Positions 1 to 13,424 of a stretch of DNA of 64,000 nt are shown piece by piece. This DNA comes from Malacoraja senta (taxonomy: Eukaryota), in NCBI GenBank assembly GCA_038087875.1, contig JAXLNO010000174.1, positions 62,001 through 126,000 on the forward strand, given 5' to 3'. Within the stretch, counting starts at the first letter, position 1. Each line of letters begins with the position of its first letter. Made by a program: the position numbers and the translations under genes. The notes below the pieces were generated by a model that worked only from the letters and a program-made list of their open reading frames with translations, was not told where the DNA came from and did no database searches.

Positions 1-777
1 CTATCTAACTCCTGGTCTCCGCAGCTGGAACACCTGGCGGTGAAGTGCCGCCCCTTCTTCCTATCTAGAGAATTCACCTCCATCATCCTGACCGCGGTCT
101 ACATACCACCCCAGGCAAACGTCCGTCTGGCAGTGGAGGATCTGCACGCCGATGTCAACATGCACCAGACGGCTTACCCCGAGGCATTTACCACCAGAGC
201 CGGGGACCTCAACAAAGCCAACCTTGAGCAATCGCTCCCTATCTTCCACCCACATGCCTCCTGCAGCACGTGGGATAAAGTGCCTCGACCATTGCTACAT
301 GACCATAAAGATTGCCTATCGCTCTATCCCTCGCCCTCATTTCGGTAAATCCGACCATACTGCGGTGCTACCTCTTCCTGCCTACAGGCAGCAATAGAAG
401 AGCGCACCCACAGAGGTGAGGAGTGCATAGAGCTGGTCGGGGGGTGGGTGTTGGCGGTGTGGGCAGTGGAGCAACTCCAGGACTGCTTGGAGTCCGTAGA
501 GTGGAAAATGTTTAGGGACTCGGCAACAGACATGAATGAATACGCCACAGTCGTTACAGACTTCGTAAAGAAATGTGTTGAGGACTGCACCCTAACAAAA
601 ACCTTCCGAGTGTTTCCTAACCAGAATCCTTGGATGAACCATGAGATCCGCATTATTCTGAAGACGAGATCCCGGGCATGCAGGTTTGGAGATATGGAGG
701 TCTACAAGAAATGCAGATACGAACTTGGTAGACCATCAAAAAGGCTGAAATGGTCTTCTGCTCGAATCAGGAGGATT

Positions 778-1795
778 GAAACATAGACATAGACTATATG
801 TGCAGGAGGAGGTCATTCGGCCCTTCGAGCCAGCACCGCCATTCTTTGTGATCAGGGATGATCGTCCCCTATCAATAACCCGTGCCTGCCTTCTCCCCAT
901 ATCCCTTGATTCCACTAGCTCCTAGAGCTCTATCTAACTCTCTTTTAAATCCATCCAGTGAATTGGCCTTCACTGCCCTATGTGGCAGGGAATTTCACAA
1001 ATTCACAACGATCTGGGTGAAAATGATTTTTGTCACCTCAGTCTTAAATGGCTTCCTCTTCATTCTAAGTCTGCGGCCCGTGGTTCTGGACTCGCCCAAC
1101 ATTGTGAACATTTTTCCTGCATCAAGCTTGTCCAGTCATTTTATAATTTTATATGTTTATATAAGATCATCCTTCTGAACTCCAGTGAATACAAGCCTAG
1201 TCTTTTCATTCTTTCCTAATATGACAGTCCCTCCATCCCAGGGATCAATCTCGTGAACCTACGCGGCACTGCCTAAATCACAATGATGTTCTTCCTCAAA
1301 TTCGGAGACCAAACTGGACACAATACTCCAGATGTGGTCTAACCAGAGCCCAATACAACTGCAGGAGAACCTGTACTAAAATCCTCTTTTTATGAAGGCC
1401 AAACTTCCATTAGCTTTCTTCACAGCCTGCTGTACCTGCACAACAACTTTCAGTGACTGGTGTACAAGGACGTCCAGGTATCGCAGCACCACCCACTTGA
1501 TTAACCTAACCGCATTGAGATAATAATCTGCCTCCTTATGTTTGCCGCCAAAGTGGATAACCTCACATTTAACTATATTTTACTGCATCTGCCACGCATC
1601 CGCCCACTCACTCAACCTGTCCAGGTCACCCTGCAACCTCCTAATATCCTCTTCACAATTCACACTGTCACCCAGTTTTGTGACATCCGCAAACTTGCTA
1701 GTGTTGCTCCTAATTGCCTCTGCTAAATCATTAATATATATGGTAAACAGTTGCGGCCCCAACACCGCGCCTTGCGGCACTCCACTCGCCAATCG
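778..1795 (-). mobile_element. CR1 LINE 3' fragment inserted in Rex1
   Basis: Minus-strand RT motifs [21 protein letters not shown] and SKFADVTKLG; CR1 3' UTR and tail at ~778-850. Confidence 0.9.
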
Positions 1796-2362
1796 CCAGG
1801 ATGAGAGAGGTGTTCGGCTACGGCGGCGGGGCTTGAATGCCATTACCTCCAACAAGGCGAAATCTGGAGGCAGCTCAAATGTCAGCGAAGCATCACTCCC
1901 TGACGAGCTCAATGCCTTCTAAGCACGCTTTGATTTGGAGAACACTGATGTGCCTTCCCGAGCCCCCATTCGCCGTGATGGTATTCCATTAATTGTCACA
2001 GAGGCCGACTTCAGAAGATTCTTCGGAGGGGGGGGGCGAGCCTATATAGCCTCGGAAAGCGTCGGGACCTGATGATATACACGGTTGTGTTCTAAAAACC
2101 TGTGCGGACCAACTGACTGGAGCTTTTACGGACATTTTCAGCCTCTCACTTCTGAGGTCTGGGTTTCTCGTCTGCATTTGAAGGGCATCAATAATACCGG
2201 TGCCCAAAAAGATCAAGGTGACGTGCCTCAATGACTATCGACCAGTGGCACTAACGTCTGTGGTGATGAAGTGCTTTGAGAGGTTGTTCAGTGCGCATTT
2301 CAATGCCTACCTTGACAAGAACCTCGACCCACTACAGTTAGCTAACCGCCACAACAGGTCAT

Positions 2363-4004
2363 GGAAACATAGAAATATAGAAAATAGGTGCAGGAGTAGG
2401 CCGTTCGGCCCTTCCAGCCTGCACCTCCATTCAATATGATGATGGCTGATCATCCAACTCTGTATCATGTGCCTGCCTGCTCTCCATACCCCCTGATCCC
2501 TTTAGCCACAAGGACCACATCTAACTCCCTTTTAAATATAGCCAATGAACTGACCTCAACTACATTCTGTGGCAGAGAAATCCAGAGATTCACCACTCTC
2601 TGTGTGAAAAAATGTTTTTCTCATCTCGGTCCTAAAAGATTTCCCCCTTATCCTTAAACTGGGAACCCTTGTTCTGGACTTCTCCAACATCGGGAACAAT
2701 CTTCCTGCATCTAGCCTGTCCAACCCCTTAAGAATGTTGTAAGCGTCTATAAAATCCCCCTCAATCTTCTAAATTCTAGCGAGTACAAGCCGAGTCTATC
2801 CAATCTTTGTTCATATGACATCCCATGAATCAGTCTGGTGATCATTCTTTGTACTCCCTCAATGGCAAGAATGTCCTTCCTCAGATTCGGAGACCAAAAC
2901 TGTACGCAATACTGCAGGTGTGATCTCACCTAGACCCTGTACAATTGCAGTAGAATCTCCCTGCTCCTATACTCAAATCCTTTTGCTATGAATGCTAACA
3001 TACCATTCGCTTCCTTCAATGCCTGCTGCACCTGCATGCCTACTTTCAATGACTGGTGTACCATGACACCCAGGTCTCGTTGCATCTCCCCTTTTCCTAA
3101 CCGGCCACCATTCAGATAATAGTCTACTTTCCTGTTTTTGACACGAAAGTGGATAACCTCACATGTATCCATATTATACTGCATCTGCCATGCATTTGCC
3201 CACTCACCCTGCCTATCCAAGTCACCTTGCAGCCTCCTAGCATCTCCTCACAGCTAACATTGCCCCGAGCTTTGTCTCATCCGCAAACTTGGAGATGTTG
3301 CATTCAGTTCCCTCGTCCAAATCATTAATATATATTGCAAATAGCTGGGGTCCCAGCACTGAGCCTTGCGGTAACCCACTAGTCACTGCCTGCCATTCTG
3401 AAAAGGACCCGTTTACTCCTACTCTTTGCTTCCTGTCTGCCAGCCCGTTCTTTATCCACATCAATACTGAACCCCCAATACCGTGTGCTTTAAGTTTGTA
3501 TACTAATCTCTTATGTGGGACCTTGTCGAAAGCGTTCTGAAAGTCCAGATAAAACACATCCACTGGATCTCCCTTATCCACGCTAATAGTTACATCCTAG
3601 AAACAATTATATAAGATTCGTCAGACATGATTTACGTTTCATAAATCCATGCTGACTTTGTCCAATGATTTCGTCACTTTCCAAATGTGCTGCTATCCCA
3701 TCTTAATTAACTGACTAGCAGTTTCCCCACTACCGATGTTAGACTAATGGGTCTGTAATTTCCCGTTTTCTCTCTCCCTCCCTTTTTAAAAAGTGGGGTT
3801 ACATTAGCTACCCTCCAATCCCCAGGAACTACTCCAGAATCTAAAGAGTTTTGAACAATTATCACAAATGCTTCCACTATTTCTGGGGCTACTTCCTTAA
3901 GTACTCTGGGATGCAGCCTATCTGGCCCTGGGAATTTATCGGCCTTTAATCCATTCTATTTACCTAACACCACTTCCCGGCTAACCTGGATTTCACTCAG
4001 TTCC
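2363..4004 (-). mobile_element. CR1 LINE, 5'-truncated, inserted in Rex1 with TSD-like flanks
   Basis: RT motifs [30 protein letters not shown] and KFADETKLG; flanks AACAGGTCA (2353-2361) and AATCAGGTCA (4005-4014). Confidence 0.92.
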
Positions 4005-6894
4005 AATCAGGTCAACGGTGGATGCGATCTCACTGGCTCTGCAGTCCGCTTTGGACCACTTGGACAACAACAACTCATATGTCAGGCTGTTATTCATAGA
4101 CTTCAGCTCGGCGTTCAATATCATCATATCATCCAAGCTGGTTACAAAGCTCTCAGATCTGGATATCTACGCATCCCTCTGCAATTGGATACTTGACTTT
4201 CTCATCCACGGACCACAGTCTGTCCGTATTGGTGGAAATGTGTCATCCGCGGTAAGAATCAGCACGGGAGCACCTCAAGGCTGCGCACTGAGCCCCTGCT
4301 GTACTTACTCTATACTCATGACTGAGTAGCCGGACATATGGCCAACTCCGTCATCAAGTTCGCCGACAACATCACTGTTGTGGGACGAATTACAGATGGT
4401 GATGAGTCAGAGTATCTAAGTGAGATCGACCGATTAAATAATTGTGCCAGCACAACAACCTGCCTCTTAACACCAGCAAAACCAAGGAACAGATTGTGGT
4501 CTTTTGAAGGGGTAGGATAGGGACCGACAAACCCGGTATATCAACGGGATGATGGTGGAAAAGGACACGAAATTCAAATTCCTGGGCGTGCATATTTCCG
4601 AAGATCTTTCCTGGACCCAGCACACCGATGCAATCATAAAGTAGGCACACCAGCGCCGCTACTTCCTGGGAAGATTACGGGGAGTCGGTTTGTCAAGGAG
4701 CACTCTCTCGAACTTCTACAGGTGCACAGTAAGAGCATACTGACTGTTTGCATCGTGGCTTGTTTCGGAAACTTGAACGTTCCGAAGTTTCCAGAAACGG
4801 AAAAGATTGCAGAAAATTGTGACCACTGCCCAGTCCATGATCGGCTCTGATCTCCCCACAATCGAAGGGATCTTTCGCTGTCGGTGCCACATAAAGGCTG
4901 CTAACATCATCAAAGATCCGCACCATCCTGCCCACACACTAATCTCTCCATTGATATCGGGAAGAAGGTACAGAAGCTTGACATTTGGAACACCAGGTTC
5001 AGAAACAGCTACTTCCCCACAGCCATCAGACTATTAAACTAGCCGTCAAACAAACGCTGAACAATAAGAGTCTAGTGCAATTTATTTGTTTATGTATTGA
5101 CTATATATATATGGTACATGGCATATAGACACATTGAATTTTTATCTTCTGTTCTGTATTATGTTTATATATTGTGTTTGCTGCAGCACGCAAGAAATGT
5201 ATTGTCCTATATGGGACACATGACAATAACACTCCCTTGACACTTGACTTGACCTAACTTGATTTAAATGGAAGGGGTTATTTATTGCGATCAAGACATT
5301 TTCGGCAGTAGTTTTTAGATAATGAAACTTGGAATGGTGAACGCGTCGAGCAGGAATTGAAAGATGTGGATGAACACTTTGTGAATACCAAGCGTAGTTC
5401 GGCAAGCTTCAATGCATTCATGGAAAATCGTGGGGCCGAGTTAATGAACTAAGCAGGGATACGGCTGATTCAAATTCTGTAAGTGGGTACCTATGAGAGA
5501 ATTATTGTGCACAGCTACCAGATGGCAGCAATATCTGATTGGAGGGACCCGTTTCAAAGCGCGATAAAAATACTTCAGAGGCGGCATGTTAATCGAATGG
5601 TCGAGGCAACAATGGGGGAATACGGGGGAAATTACGGGTCGATAGGCAGCGAAGGATATTGAAGGTAAAATATATTGACCAGGTAAACGACGAAAGGGGA
5701 TGTCAGCAGAAGGTAAGGTTTCCCATTCACGTTCTCGACGAAACTAATAATTGATTACTGGGGTTGCACTTCACGCACGTTCCAACGAATTTCTGCGGGA
5801 AATGCTCCAGAAGCGAAGTTTCTGGTCAGGTGTGAGGGCACTTTAAAGTGAAATGTACCATTACATGGAACTGTTATAGTTGTCGTGCATAAATGCGACA
5901 TGGGCGTCTTGTCATGTGGGACGTCCACCTGAGTGAAAACGAAATACGACGTCTGATGCGCTGGCAATGCAAGACGGGCATTTGGTAGCAAAATGCATTC
6001 CTCATTTAAGGTGGCATTGATCTCCTACTCTCACGTTATATTTCTCGCTCCCATTCCATTTCCCCATGAAAGGATCAGACATCGATGCCTGGAAATTCAG
6101 GCCACGTTATACGGGAAGCATCGGATGACATGGATCACGGCCGCCCGTCAAAGGAAGAATCGTTCAGAATCATCCCGGCTGGCCACCAGTGGGCCAGAGC
6201 TGAGACAAAAAAGACTACATTTGATAAAGTTTGCACATGACAGAAACAAATTCTGAGAGCTCTCTGATACCACGCAACGCCCGTAGAGAGATAAACAGAG
6301 AAGGACCTTGTCAACGTTCTATGGTTACACACGGAACCTTGTGAAGCCAAGCCATCCGGGGCAGTCTCCCCCGCCTGCTGATATTCATGTGATGGGGAAG
6401 AAAACCACTGGTCCTCATCCGCTCGGGACCGTATGTGACTCCAAATCCCAACATGGTTGCCTGGTGACTGTCCTCTGAAGTGGTTCAGCAAACACATCAG
6501 ATAGGTCAGCATCGAAGAGAGAGAACCCTCACAGCCCAAAATAGCGTGCATATTTACACCCTCGCTCGGACGTTGGGCCAGAATACATCTAGCATAGAAC
6601 ATGGCACAGTACAGGAGAGGCACACAGACAAACTTCCACTAACAAGCCCATCGACTACAAACACCCGTTTCAAACAAAACGAACACGTTAACCTCTCCCT
6701 GCATGCAATCCGTATTCCTCCATCACTGCACATCCATGTGCCGAATTAAAATGCCTCTGTGATGCATTTCGTTTCTGCCTGCACAACCTCTATATGATCG
6801 CAACGCGTTCCGTGTGGCAACCAGTATCTGCGTTAAAGTAAACTCGCTCTGAAAATTTATTTTAAATATACCTGAAACATACTTGGACCAAATC

Positions 6895-8015
6895 CGAAAT
6901 TTCCCTACAGTTTCTTGGTCTCACCGTCTTCAGCACAGAGGACAGACATTTGAACGACATATACGACAAATCTACTAACTCTCATGGCTATCTAGACGTC
7001 CTTCCCACGCTGCATCCTGTAAAGACACTATCCCCTATTCCCAATTCCTCCGTCTGCACCGCACCTGCGCCCATGATTACGTTTTCCAAACTAGATCATA
7101 AGAGATGTCCTCATTCTTTAGGAAAAGAGGTTTCCCCTCTTCAATTATCGACGAGCCACTCACTAGGGTCTCGTCGATATCGCGCAGCTCCGCTCTTGCT
7201 CCCCCTCCCCTCCCCTCCCGCTATTCGCAAGAATGACATAGTCCCCCTTGTGTTCACTTCCCACCCCATCTGCCGTCGCATGCAGCATATAATCCTCCAA
7301 AATTTCCGACACACACAACGGGATCGCACTACTGGCCACATATTTCCATCTCCACCATTTTCTGCTTTACGCAGAGACTGTTCCATCCGGAACGCCCTGC
7401 TTAACTCGTCCCTTCCCGCCCAAACCACTTGCAAACTTGTCTCTTTACTTCCACCCTCGATTATATCCAAGGGCCACGACATTTTTAAAGTTGTGGCAGA
7501 GATTAACTTACACCTCCTCCAACGTCAGCTGCAGCATTCGCTGTTCCAGGTGTCAACTTCTATACATCGTCGCGACAAAGCGCAGGATCGGCGATCAAAT
7601 CACTGAACACCTCCGCTCAGTCAGCTTTAAATGACCTGATCTCCCAGTTCCTCACCACTTTAACACCCCCTCCCATTCCCAATCTAACATTTCTGCCCCG
7701 GGCCTCCTCCATTGTCAGAGTGAAGACAAGCGCAAATTGGAGGAACAGCATCTCAAATTTCGCTTGGATAGCTTAGACCCCACAGGTATGAACATTGACT
7801 TATCTAAGTTCAAATCGCCCTTGCTTTCCCTTTCTCTCCATACCTTCCCTTTCCCAGTTCTCCCCCAGTTTTACTGTTTCTGACTACATTATATCTGTCC
7901 CGCACACTCTCTTAACCTCAGTCTAAAGAAGTGTCTCGACCCGAAACGTAACCCTTTCCTTCTGTCCGGAGATGCTGACTGTCCAGCTGAGTTACTCCAG
8001 CATTTTGTTTCTGCC
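6895..8015 (+). mobile_element. Penelope-like element 3' part (RT thumb, GIY-YIG endonuclease, terminal repeat)
   Basis: DIYDKSTNSHGYLD; VPLVFTSHP; TYTSSNVSCSIRCSRCQLLYIVATKRRIGDQITEHLRSV (degenerate GIY-YIG); terminal GTCTAAAGAAGTGTCTCGACCCGAAACG...GAGTTACTCCAGCATTTTG. Confidence 0.85.
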
Positions 8016-11000
8016 ATCTCCGTTAAACGTTGATTTTCTCTTCTGAAAGTTATGCCCCCTCGTCTATACCATTGCTACACTGGAAAACCACAGTTTTGAC
8101 GCCCAACCTTATTATGCATCTAACGATCAAACTATCAGGCATTTCCTCGACCTCTGACGTTCCAGAGAAGAAACAAATATTCCACGTTTGTTCAACCTCT
8201 CCTTTTAGCCATTAGTATCTATTCCAGATTAGAAACATACAAATATAGAAACATAGTAAATAGGTGCAGGAGGAGGCATTTAGACCCTTCGAGCCAGCAC
8301 CGCCATTCACTGTGATCATGGCTGATCGTTCGCAATCGACAACCCTTGCCTGCCTTTTCCCCATATCCCTTGATTCCACAAGCCCCTAGAGCTCTATCTA
8401 ACTCTCTCTTAAATCCATCCAGTATTTGGCCTCCACTTCCCTCTGTGGCAGGGAATTCCACAAATTCACAAATCTCCGGGTGAAAAAGATTTTTCTCACC
8501 TCGGTCTTAAATGGCTCCCCTTTATTCTAAGACTGTCGCCCCTGGTTCTGGACTCGCCAACATTTGGAACATGTTTCCTGCATCTAGCTTGTCCAGTCCT
8601 TTTATAATTTTACATGTTTATATAAGACCCCTCCTCCTCCTTCTAAACTACAGTGAATACAAGCCTAGTCTTTCCAATCTTTCCTCATATGACAGTCCCG
8701 CCATCCCAGGGATCAATCTTGTGAACCTACGCTGCACTGCCCCAATCACAAGTATCACAATCACAAATTAGGAGACCAAAACTGTAGGCAATACTCCAGA
8801 TGTGTCCAGATGGGGCTCCTGAGGGACCGTGTTAGGAACCTGGAGCAGCAGCTCGATGACCTCTGTCTGATCAGGCAGAGTGAGGAGGTTGTAGAAAGGA
8901 GTTATAGGGAGGTGGTCACTCCAAGACCACGAGAGGCAGACAAGTGGGTCACTGTTAGGAAGGGCAAGGGGCAGAGGCAAGGACTAGTGAGTTCCACGGT
9001 GGCTGTTACCTTGAAAATAAGTACTCCTGTTTGAGTACTGTTGGGGGGACAGCCTTCCTGCGGGTAGCGACAGCGGCCGGGCCTCCGGCACAGAGACCGG
9101 CCCTGTTGCTCAGAAGGGTAGGGAAAAGAAGAGGAGGGCACTACACATATGTGGACTCTATAGTTAGGGGGACGGATAGGCGATTCTGTGGACGCAGTCA
9201 GGAGACCGGATGGTAGTTTGCCTCCCTCGTGCCAGGGTCAGGGATGTGTCTCAATACGTCCAAGTTATCCTGAAATCGGAGGGAGAGGAGCCTGAGGTCG
9301 TGGTACATATAGGTACCAATGACAGAGGTAGAAAGAGAAGAGGTCTTGAAAGGAGAATTTAGGGAGATGGGAGGGGAGTTAAGGAGAAGGACAAATACAA
9401 TAACAATCTCAGGATTACTGCCTGTGCCACGAGACAGTGAGAGTAGGAATGGAATGAGGTGGAGGATAAATGCGTGGCTGAGGGATTGGTGCAGTGGGCA
9501 GGGTTTCAAGTTTCTGGATCATTGGGACCTCTTTTGGGGAAGGTGTGATCTGTACAAAAAGGAAGGGTTGCACTTGAACCCGAGGGGGACCAATATCCTG
9601 GCGGGGAGATTTTCAAAGGCAACTGGTGAGACTTTAAACTAGAACGGATGGGGGGGGGGTCTCGAATAGGGAAAGCTAGTAGTCAGGGTGTGAGGCAGGA
9701 GGCAGAGAAGGGAAGCACTAGGACCCAAAATGTAGGGGAGAAAGAAGAAAAAGATAATAAACAGAAAATAAGTGGTGGTAGATTCTAAAATGTGTATATT
9801 TAAATGCTAGGAGCTTTGTAAGAAAGGTGGATGAGCTTAAAGCCTGGATTGACACCTCGAAGTACGATGTTGTGGCGACCAGTGAAACATGGTTGCAGGA
9901 TGGGCTGCGAGTGGAAACTAAATATTCCAGGATTTCGTTGCTTTATGTGTGATAGAGGGGCAAGAGGCGGGGTTTGTTGCATTGCTTGTCAAGGAAGATA
10001 TTACAGCAGTGCTTTGGCAGGATAGATTAGAGGCCTCGTCTAGGGAGACTATTTGGGTGGAAGTGAGAAATGGGAAAGGGTAGCAACATATATAGGGGTG
10101 TATTATAGAACGCCTAATGGAGAGTGAGAATTGGAAGAGCAAATATGTAAAGAGATAGCAGATAATAGTAGTAAGCACAAGGTAGTGATTGTGTGAGATT
10201 TCAATTTTCCACACATAGACTGGGAAACACATTCTTTAAAAGGGCTGGATGGTTTGGAATTTGTAAAATGTGTGCAGGATAGTTTTTTGCAGCAATACAT
10301 AGAGATACCTACAAGAGAAGGGGCAGTGATGGACCTCCTGTTAGGAAAAGAGATAGGGCAGGTGGCGGAGGTATGCGTTGGGGAGCATTTTGGGTCCCGT
10401 GGTCATAATACCATTATTTTCAATATAATTATTGAGAGGGTCAGTCTGGACCTAACGTTGAGATTTTTGACTGGAGAAAGGCTAACTTTGAGGAGATGCG
10501 AAAGGATGTAAAATGAGTGAATTGGGACATGTTGTTTTATGGCAAGGATGTAGAAGAGAAAATGGAGGACACTTTAAAGGTGACATTTTAAGTGTACAGA
10601 ATCTTTATGTCCCCTGTTCGGTTGAAAGGAAATAGTAAAAATTGGAAAGATCCATGGTTTTCAAGGGAAATTGGACATTGGTTCGGAAAAAGAGAGAGTT
10701 CTACAATAATTATAGGCGGCATGGAGTAAATGAGGTGCTGCAGGTGTATAAAGAATGTAAAAAGAATCTTACGAAATAATTAGAAAAGCTAAAAGAAGAT
10801 ATGAGGTTGCTTTGGCAAGTAAGGTGAAAGTAAACCCAAAGGGTTTCTACAGCTATATTAATATCAAAAGGATAGCAAGGAATACAATTGGTCGATTAGA
10901 GAGTCAGGGTGGACAACTTTCTGCTGAGCCAAAAGAGATGGGGGAGATATTGAACAATTTTCTTTTCTTCGGTATTCACCAAGGAGAAGGATATTGAATT

Positions 11001-11107
11001 ATGTGAGGTAATGGAAACGAGCAGAGTAGCAATGGAAACTATGAGATTTAAAGAAGAGGAAGCGTGGACACTTTTGAAAAATATGAATACGGATAAGTCT
11101 CCAGGTC

Positions 11108-12949
11108 ATAGATACATAGATACATAGAAAATAGGTGCAGGAGTAGGCCATTCGGCCCTTCGAGCCTGCACCGCCATTCAATATGATCATGGCTGATCAT
11201 CCAACTCAGTATCCCGTACCTGCCTTCTCTCCATACACCCTGATCCCTTTAACCACAAGGGCCACATCTAACTCCCTCTTAAATATAGCCAATGAACTGG
11301 CCTCAACTACCATATGTGGCAGAGAGTTCCAGAGATTCACCACTCTCTGTGTGAAAAAGTTTTTCCTCATCTCGGTCTTAAAGGATTTCCCCCTTATCCT
11401 TAAGCTGTGACCCCTTGTCCTGGACTTCCCCAACATCGGGAACAATCATCCTGCATCTAGCCTGTCCAACCCCATAAGCATTTTGTACGTTTCTATAAGA
11501 TCCCCTCTCAATCTCCTAAAATTCTAGCGAGTATAAGCCAAGCCTATCCAGTCTTTCTTCATATGAAAGTCCTGACATCCCAGGAATCAGTCTGGTGAAC
11601 CGTCTCTGCACTCCCTCTATGGCTATAATGTCCTTCCTCGGATTTGGAGACCAAAACTGTACGCAATACTCCAGGTGTGGTCTCACCAAGACCCTGTACA
11701 ACTGCAGTAGAACCTCCCTGCTCCTATACTCAAATCCTCTTGCTATGAAGGCCAACATACCATTCGCTTTCTTCACTGCCTGCTGCACCTGCATGCCTAC
11801 TTTCAATGACTGGTGTACCATGACACCCAGGTGTACCATGACACCCAGGTATCGCTGCATCTCCCCATTTCCTAATCGGCCACCATTTAGATAATAGTCT
11901 GCCTTCCCGTTTTTGCCACCAAAGTGGATAACCTCACATTTATCCACATTATACTGCATCTGCCAAACATTTGCCCACTCACCCAGCCTATCCAAGTCAC
12001 CTTGCAGTCTCCTAGCATCATCCTCACAGCTAACACTGCCCCCCAGCTTAGTGTCATCCGCAAACTTGGAGATGTTGCTTTCAATTCCCTCGTCCAGATC
12101 ATTAATATAAATTGTAAATAGCTGGGGTCCCAGCACTGAGCCTTGCGGTTCCCCACTAGTCACTGCCTGCCATTGTGAAAAGGACCCGTTTACTCCTACT
12201 CTTTGCTTCCTGTTTGCCAGCCAGTTCTCTATCCACATCAATACTGAACCCGCAATACCGTGTGATTTAAGTTTGTATGCTAATCTCTTATGTGGTACCC
12301 TGTCGAAAGCCTTCTGAAAGTCCAGATACAACACATCCACTGGTTCTCCCCTATCCACTCTACTAGTTACATCCTCGAAAATTCTATAAGATTCGTCAGA
12401 CACGATTTACCTTTCGTAAATCCATGCTGACTTTGTCCAATGATTTCACCACTTTCCAAATGTGCTGCTATCCCATCTTTAATAACTGACTCTAGCAGTT
12501 TCCCCACTACCGATGTTAGACTAACTGGTCTGTAATTTCCCGTTTTCTCTCTCCCTCCCTTCTTAAAAAGTGCGGTTACGTTTGCTACCCTCCAATCCTC
12601 AGGAACTACTCCAGAATCTAAAGAGTTTGAAAAATTATCACTAATGCATCCACTGTTTCTGGAGCTACTTCCTTAAGTACTCTGGGATGCAGCCTATCTG
12701 GCCCTGGTGATTTATCGGCCTTTAATCCATTCAATTTACCCAACACCACTTCCCGACTAACCTGGATTTCACTCAGTTCCTCCATCTCCTTTGACCCGCG
12801 GCCACCTGCTATTTCCGGCAGATTATTTATGTCTTCCATAGTGAAGACGGAACCAAAGTAGTTATTCAATTGGTTCAATTGGTCCGCCATATCTTGTTCC
12901 CCATGATTCAATTCACCTGTTTCTGACTGCAAGGGACCTACATTTGTCC
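11108..12949 (-). mobile_element. CR1 LINE, 5'-truncated, nested
   Basis: 295-aa RT ORF at 11516-12403 ([23 protein letters not shown]); CR1 3' UTR and tail at 11108-11200. Confidence 0.93.
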
Positions 12950-13424
12950 TGACAGGATATTCCCTAGGACATTGAGAGAAGTTAGTGTAGAAATAGCAGG
13001 GGCTATGACAGAAATATTTCAAAGTTATTATAAACGGGAATAGCGCCGGAGGATTGGCGTACTGCGCATGTTGTTCCATTGTTTAAAAAGGGTTCTAAGA
13101 GTAAACTTAGCAATTATAGACCTGTTAGTTTGACGTCAGTGGTGGGCAAATTAATGGAAAGGATACTTAGGGATAATATATATCAGCATCTGTATAAACA
13201 GGGTCTGATTATGAACAGTCAACATTGATTTGTGCCTGGAAGGTCATGTTTGACTAATCTTCTTGAATTTTTCGAAGAGTTTACTAGGGAAATGATGAGG
13301 GTAAAGCAGTGGATGTTGTCTATATGGACTTCAGTAAGGCCTTTGACAAGGTTCCTCATGGAAGGTTGGTTAAGAATATTCAATTGTTGGGTATTAATGG
13401 AGGAGTAGCAAGATGGATTCAACA

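Larger units (their letters stand above)
1..5250 (+). mobile_element. Rex1/Babar non-LTR retrotransposon (APE+RT), decayed, in three pieces (1-777, ~1796-2361, 4005-5250) split by two CR1 insertions
   Basis: KCRPFFLSREFTSIILTAVYIPPQAN (APE); [68 protein letters not shown]; 3' tail CAATAAC..CTTGACTTGAC. The reading resumes across the inserts ([12 protein letters not shown]). Confidence 0.9.

Noticed and set aside
5255..6890. Apparently unique stretch with ORF 6135-6623 (162 aa) and weak A/B-box-like motifs near 5430-5480
   Set aside because: No recognisable protein, tRNA or snRNA similarity; ~6400-6500 resembles an old LINE 3' UTR. A database search is needed.
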